A stretch of DNA of 30,201 nucleotides from Monocercomonoides exilis PA203 (lineage: Eukaryota > Protista > Preaxostyla), in contig LSRY02000091.1 in the NCBI GenBank assembly GCA_001643675.2, positions 1-30,201 of the forward strand, given 5' to 3'. Of the stretch, positions 24,001 through 30,201 are shown one piece after another. The first letter of the stretch is position 1, and every line of letters starts with the position of its first letter. The position numbers and the translations under genes are program-made. The notes under the pieces are model-generated. The model was not told the DNA's origin, ran no database searches, and was given only the letters and a program-made list of their open reading frames with translations.

Positions 24001-24240
24001 AACAGTTGAGGAGCCACCAAGATGCGCCTGGAAAGATGCCGCCACCTCCTCATTTGAACGAGGCGATATTGAGTGCTCTGACATATCAAGCAGATGAGAT
24101 TGCAGTTGGTTGTATGGAAAAATATACAAATGGAATGCCTTTTGCCGGTGAGCTGGAAGTTGTCGGCATGCACACTCCAACAGAGCTTGTTGAGCGAGAT
24201 GGTGGTGAAGATGGAACACATCACACTGAATGAACTTTAT
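21040..24240 (+). pseudogene. Fragmented hypothetical gene with S-, P- and E/K-rich low-complexity tracts
   Basis: Protein-like islands on plus (LLLPVDGWDIEKLVCDGEEGILARILKYPQELRFAEKG at ~23100-23220; PHLNEAILSALTYQADEIAVGCMEKY at ~24050-24130) among GAA/TCT repeats and stops. No family was recognised. Confidence 0.3.
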
Positions 24241-24249
24241 GAATGATTT

Positions 24250-25437
24250 AACACAGTGAGATTAGAATAACAACGCTGAAACCTCCGATGAAGAGATCCG
24301 TGGTGATGAGATGCTCAACAAAGTTGCTGATGCCATCGCCAAGCAGGAGCAGAGGCTGTCGGCACTGAGGGTGGAAAGGTTGTCGTGAGAGAGGAAGAGG
24401 GAGGAAGTGGTGAGAGCATGATGAGCAGGGCAGGTGAGGGGGAAGGGAATGGACAGATATGTTGGAGAGGAAAAGGGTGCCTCGGCAAGAACAAATGAGC
24501 GAAAAGATGAGGTGGACAGACTTGTTGGCTGCGGAAAAGAGGGTGGAGAACACAGCGATGGATCCGTCGAGGAGAGAGAAGAGGGAAGAGTGGGCAGATC
24601 CAGAGGAAGTTTTCAATTGAGCGGCAGATGTGCAACACAGTTGTGAAGATGGAATCGCAGGAGGCAAGCAGATAGCTGACCTGGCGGGCAGAGGAGCCGG
24701 TGTCTTGGTCGACGAATATCTGGTGGACGCGGAAGAATGTGATGAAGGGGAGGAGGTCGACATCGAGGTTGGGGTCGGTGGGAGGAGTGGGAGGCGATGG
24801 AGGGGTGAAGGAAAGGATGCGAAGTGGAGGTTGAGAATGGAGAGGGGAGGTCGGCGCCGGCTGTGTCCAGCACGAATTCGCTGAGCTCATCGATGGCAAA
24901 CACCACGCTCTCGAGGGAAAACTGTCAAATAGCGTCTGCCTCCCCAAGAACACCCAGCTGCTCAATCCATGGGTCTGTGCCTGGTCTCGCTAGCCTCCTC
25001 ATGCATCGCTGCGATCTTTATGCATCCCCGTCTTAGCTCCCCCTTCTCCCCTCCACCAATCATACACTCGCTGCACTCCACCACGCTGCTGCTCCCAGTG
25101 CACTTGATCTGTGAAAACGCTGTGCTCGCAATTTTGCACAGTGTTTCGAACTCTCATGGCACCAGCCTCCAAGAGCTGATTGTTATCAGCCTGAAAACCA
25201 TCATCTCCACTTTCAAAAGTTACTCTAACATCCTCATTCAAGGTCGAAACTGAATTAAGCAAGACTGCAGAAGAATTCAAGCAAACTTATTCACATATCT
25301 GTCCAGCTTTCAAAGTGATTTTCGAAGAGGAAGAAATAGCGCAAAGAAGAATATTCAAAAATTGTTGAATGGAATGTTCATCAAACAACTTAGGCAATGC
25401 TTAAAAGAAAAACAGATGATGAAAAAGATGTATTCAT
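24250..25437 (-). pseudogene. Fragmented hypothetical gene
   Basis: GC-richer, coding-like block that begins at ATG ~25437 next to an AT-rich intergenic region. Partial ORFs 24999-25280 and 24315-24965, with in-frame stops upstream. Function unknown. Confidence 0.25.
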
Positions 25438-26363
25438 AATAGTTGTGAGCTTTTTAGTGAAAAAGTGAAATTTTTCTTATTTCTTTTTAATTTTTTTGAT
25501 TCTAACTTTGCAATTTTTAAAAATAACTTTGATCAATCTATTTAAATAACTTCTTTGAAGTATTATTTATTTCCAAGCAAATATCAACGACAAATTGTTG
25601 TATATTTGATAAATATCTTGAGTTTCTATTCTCTTTTTCAATGTTTATTATTGAATATCGATTGTTTTTAACGAAAGTTTTAAGATCTTCAATATTTATA
25701 TATAAATTTCTTTCCAATAACATCATAAAACTTATTATAATATAAAAATTATTGATTTCATATAGTTATTATTGTTATCATGTTATATTAATGATTAAAA
25801 AAATGTTTTGTTGCGTTTATTGAATTATCGATGTTTTCCAATAAAATTTTTATATTTTTTCAAAATTTGAAATAAAAACAATTGTAAACAATTTTAAACG
25901 AACAAATAAATTATATTAACAATATATGAATGCAGATTTTTGCATTATTTTACAAAAATTTTTCTTATCAACCCCACCCTTAATGAAAATTTTTCTGATC
26001 AAACGTCGGAATTTTTATGATATCAAAAAAATCACCCATATCAATCATGTGATCTTAAAAATGAATATATCTTAGGGATTGAGTTAATGAAAATTCAGCT
26101 GAAGAACGAGAATATTTGTTCGTGTTAATATTAAGCTGTTTCATTAGGTCTATTTTGGTATTAAGGGTTTTTATAAAGATAATAATAACTCCAAAAATAA
26201 CTATTAAAGGTTATGTGCAAATTTTAGTTTTTTTGAACTTTTCTCCCTTCTATTTGTTTCAAATTGAAGGGAGAAAAGGTTAACAAAAATTGAAGTTTAT
26301 GGTCGTTCCGGATTCGTGACACGCAATACTTCAAAATTATAATAAAAATACTTAGAAATTATT

Positions 26364-27650
26364 AGTGCGGTTTTAAAACCTGACATTTTTGTGCCTTGGA
26401 AAAATAAAAATTCAAATATCTCAACAAATAAACAATATTTATTTACAGAAATCTGCATAGTTGTGTACTAACATTTATGAGATCTATTAACATACAAAAT
26501 CCAAATAGCAGTGTTGAATAATTTTTGAAATAAATAATTTCTATTTTTGAAAATCTGACTTTTGATGAATATTTCTATTTTAATAATACGATTCAATTCA
26601 TTTTTTTATTTTTCTATGTCATAAACAATTCTTGTTATTTTTTATTTTCTGCGATTTGCTCGTTTTGACTGAACGAAAAGCTATCATTTTTGAAAATCAT
26701 TGTCAATGGGACAACTTAAATAATGTTATTCATTAAATGCAGAAAAATCGAACTGAAACGAACTGTCGTATTAATTAATGTAAAAATGATATTATATCAC
26801 TACTACGAAGTTATTTAGAATGAAAAACAATCCATTAAATAAGATCAACAAAATTCACATTTAAATGAAAATTTCCATTAAAGTCTTTTGAAAATGAAAA
26901 CAAATAATTTTTATGAAATAAACGCTTCGTCATTTTAAATAATGATTTTTTTAAAACATTCTATAACTATTCTTTTTGACAGTGCAAGTGGAGGTTTCAG
27001 TTCGTTTTTTCTGCATTTAATGAATAACATTATTTAAGTTGTCCCATTGACAATGATTTTTCAAAAATGATAGCTTTTCGTTCAGTCAAAACGAGCAAAT
27101 CGCAGAAAATAAAAATAACAAGAATTGTTTATGACATAGAAAAATAAGTTGTGTGTGCAAAAATGAATTGAATCGTATTATTAAAATAGAAATATTCATC
27201 AAAAGTCAGATTTTCAAAAATAGAAATTATTTATTTCAAAATTATTCAACACTGCTATTTGATTTTGTATGTTAATAGATCTCATAAATGTTAGTACACA
27301 ACTATGCAGATTTCTGTAAATAAATTGGTGATTATTTTTGAAATCTTGTTTTTTCTTTCAAAATTTTCGGTTCGAATATTTCACTTGAACATCAAAAATA
27401 CACTAAAAATGAAAGGACTCGCAAATGACATCATCATCTTTATTCGAGCAAAAACATTTGTCCTTCATACACTTGTGATGAATTCAGCATTCGAATACAA
27501 TATATTTGCGAAAGGCAAACAATCTATGAAAAATGAACACACCGAAAAAGTTATGATTTCAAAATAATCACCCAAATATTATATATTTGTTGAGATATTT
27601 CAATTTTTAATTTTTGTCCGGATAAAAAAATCCGGTTAAAAAACCGCACT
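26364..27650. mobile_element. ~1.3-kb non-coding foldback / non-autonomous TIR element
   Basis: Arms 26364-26759 and 26994-27650 are inverted repeats around a ~235-bp spacer. Ends are AGTGCGGTTTT and AAAACCGCACT. The right arm is interrupted by a 248-bp MITE and has an extra 11 bp (GTTGTGTGTGC, ~27148-27158). Confidence 0.85.
27326..27573. mobile_element. 248-bp MITE with 4-bp TSD AAAT, nested in the foldback arm
   Basis: TIRs TGGTGATTATTTTTGAAATC and GATTTCAAAATAATCACCC. AAAT at 27322-27325 and 27574-27577. The opposite arm (~26425-26450) shows the empty site with a single AAAT. Confidence 0.85.
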
Positions 27651-28492
27651 GTCTTTTGCAAAATTCGTCCAACAACTAAAAATAAACATTTGGAATTATC
27701 TTTCATTCATATGATCTTTTCGAGGAACATATAAGTTTTTTGATTTTACAACATGATGATGTTCAATTTGATATGCTTTTTGAACTTTGATTTTTAACCG
27801 AAAAATTGGTTTTAAAATGTCAATCACCAAAACATAAACAATTTAGAATTGAAATAGAAAATTTGACGTATCGTTTTACAAATATTTTTTCTCTCTAAAT
27901 TATCGGCATGAAAAGTTGCGTTTTATATACAAAAATAAAATTGGAGACTGAAAAGTGAAAACCCAATTTACTGAAAATAAGGAACACAGTTGCATTCGAA
28001 CATTGACTTTTGAAACAATTGAGACAAATTCATTATCAGAATAAAAATCTTCTTGATGAAAACAAAATACAATTCAAGAAACAATTTACAGACCAAAGGA
28101 AAATTTTCATTAATATTCACCCTTCTTTCAACATGAATTATCTATGAAAAAAATATCGTTCTTTTCTTCTCGTTAAAAAATTTTTGAGAAATACATTATA
28201 AATACTGTACAATGAAATCACTCATCATTATGAATAGTGTTCTTTTGAAATATATATTATATAATGTTCTGTTGCGAGAAAATGCTTTTTCGAATTAATG
28301 AATATGATTTGCGCTTGATTCATTTTCTATTTCAATCTTCTATTTAATCTTTATTCATTTATGTTCAAATCATATTTTATTTCCAACTGACTTTTTTTCC
28401 TTCACTATCAAACTTCGTTTATATTCGAGAGAAATGAGTAAAGAATCAAAAAATTTGTTGTAACCATTATAATTACATAATTATTCAAAAAC

Positions 28493-30201
28493 ATGTTTTT
28501 GGATGCGAAACTACCAACAGCTGCCGGAAGAACTGGTAGAGCTGCTTCGTCGAAGAAAAAGAAAAAAAGGAAAAGCAGGAGCAGTAACAAAAGAAGCAAA
28601 GCCAAAACCCAAGTGGAATGTTTGTATCAATTTTGTAAAACAATTTCAAAAAATTTTCAAATGACATTTTCATTTTTTCATAATTAAGTCTGATCTTCAC
28701 GATATGTCAGTTTACAAACTAAGTGAAAGAGAATTGGTTTGAATGATACTATTTAAGCATTGATTTTTTTCACTAAAATTTTGGATTAGAAACGCAGACA
28801 AGAAATGTATTCGCCGAAGCCTAGACCAGGACTATTGGAACATGTATTACAACGTTCATCAAGTTTAGAACGCATTAAAACATCCAGCACTTTTGATTCA
28901 TCCAAAGAGTTTAAGGATGTCAAACATTCATCTCCTGAAGTTGAATCAAGACAACTACACAGTTCACCTGCGAAAAGCAAACAGGATGGACCACCTATGT
29001 CAATGCCACCTTTTGTCACTTCGCCAGCAACGACTAATGAACAAGCTACATTATCATCTGATGAAAAGGTGAAACGAAAAAGTCAACATTTATCACCTTC
29101 AAATTCTTTGGCACGTCGTGCAACATCTGCACCACGTGTAGCTTCAAAGCAACATTCTGCACCATCACAACAAAAGGTTCAAAAACAAAGTGATATTAAA
29201 AGAGAAACAAAGCGATACTTCTAAAGGTCACGGATCAAGAATTTCTTCGAATCGAGTAGTCAAAAAAAGAAAGTCCTTATCACCATCATCTGAATCCAGT
29301 TCAAATTCTGTTTCTGATTCGTCTGAAGATTCGTCATATTCTTATTCTCAGGAGGAAAATGAGAAAGACAAGATTCGCTCAGAAAAGAAAGCATACAGAG
29401 AAGCAAAAAGCTCACAAATTCAACCAAAAAAAGAGAGAAAAGAAGAAGTCATTAAAAGCAATAGATCCGAAAGTCGTCAAGGGCATTCATCATTGCAAAG
29501 GAAACGAGATAAAGAAACATCAGAACAACCATCCATTGCAGAACAGTTTCCTCAAGCTTCAGCTGATGGATCGACTGAGCCTAAATACTCCGAAGAAAAT
29601 AAATTGAGGAAGAAGAAGAAGAAGAAGAAGCTTGCAACAAATTCAACTCCTTCGTCTGATATGCCATCTCAGCTTCCTTTTGCTCAGATTCCATCTACTG
29701 CCACATCACAAACATCTCCATTTCCATCTTCTGCATTCTCAAATCCTCCATCTTTTGGCTATCCTTCACAACAGACAATTCGCATTCCCCCTTCTCCCTT
29801 GCAGGGCAGCTTCCCCTCGTCCGTCTCCTCCAGTTAGCTTGGGAGCTATGCCGGCGACATCCCCAGGAAGTTCTTCTACCACCTCCACTCCACTTCCAAC
29901 TTCCACATTTCCGTTCTCTCTTTTGCCTCCTCCTTCTCAGCCTTCAGCAACTCTGACATCAACCTGCGAGCATCCCACCAATGTTTCCATCTCAATCTCC
30001 TCAAAGCCTAGGCCGCGGAGTGCATGTACCTCAGCAATTCCCAGCGGCTCCGCAACTGTCGTCAACTGTTGCTTCTTCTTCTTCTCTGACTTCTTCTGTC
30101 GCATCTACCACATCATCGGCCACACTCTCCACAAACAACACGCTGCACCAGCTGGTGGAAGCCAACATCCATCTCATCCGGCGCATTACAGCGTTGGATG
30201 A
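28493..30201 (+). CDS. Hypothetical S/K/P-rich, probably disordered protein; the 3' end runs off the window
   Basis: Overlapping same-strand ORFs 28805-29224, 29190-29837 and 29632-30201 with consistent low-complexity composition, joined by apparent frameshifts. Possible first exon at 28493-~28620. Confidence 0.5.

Noticed and set aside
25280-25437. In-frame TAA codons suggesting TAR=Gln recoding, which is known in some oxymonads
   Set aside because: The well-conserved kinase and transposase exons use CAA/CAG for Gln with no need for TAR read-through. The apparent ENT stops resolve as frameshifts. The decayed regions also contain TGA stops.
25538-25726. 62-aa AT-rich ORF as a gene or transposase relic
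   Set aside because: No recognisable motif, and too short to support.

Overview
Eukaryotic, AT-rich, intron-containing DNA. Short introns with frequent GTTTG donors and GAA/TCT-rich low-complexity coding tracts suggest a protist, possibly an oxymonad such as Monocercomonoides (inference only). The assembly has many single-base homopolymer indels that break ORFs. Host genes: a Ser/Thr kinase (minus, <1-2409), an equilibrative nucleoside transporter (plus, ~2872-4453), a decayed CLC chloride channel (minus, ~8900-11600) and several low-complexity hypothetical genes or pseudogenes. The main feature is an ~8.4-kb DNA transposon (12028-20392) bounded by ~440-bp near-perfect inverted repeats. It encodes (i) a spliced Sola-like (Sola2-type motifs) DDD transposase with a complete USP/peptidase-C19 deubiquitinase domain apparently embedded in it, and (ii) a divergently oriented second gene with a diverged, catalytically intact USP domain. 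A diverged third copy of the element end lies between the two genes. An adjacent 288-bp MITE with the same AAAACTG...CAGTTTT ends and a 4-bp TSD suggests the family terminus. Also present: a ~240-bp non-autonomous Helitron candidate, a 1.3-kb foldback element, and a 248-bp MITE nested in it whose TSD is confirmed by the empty site in the opposite arm.
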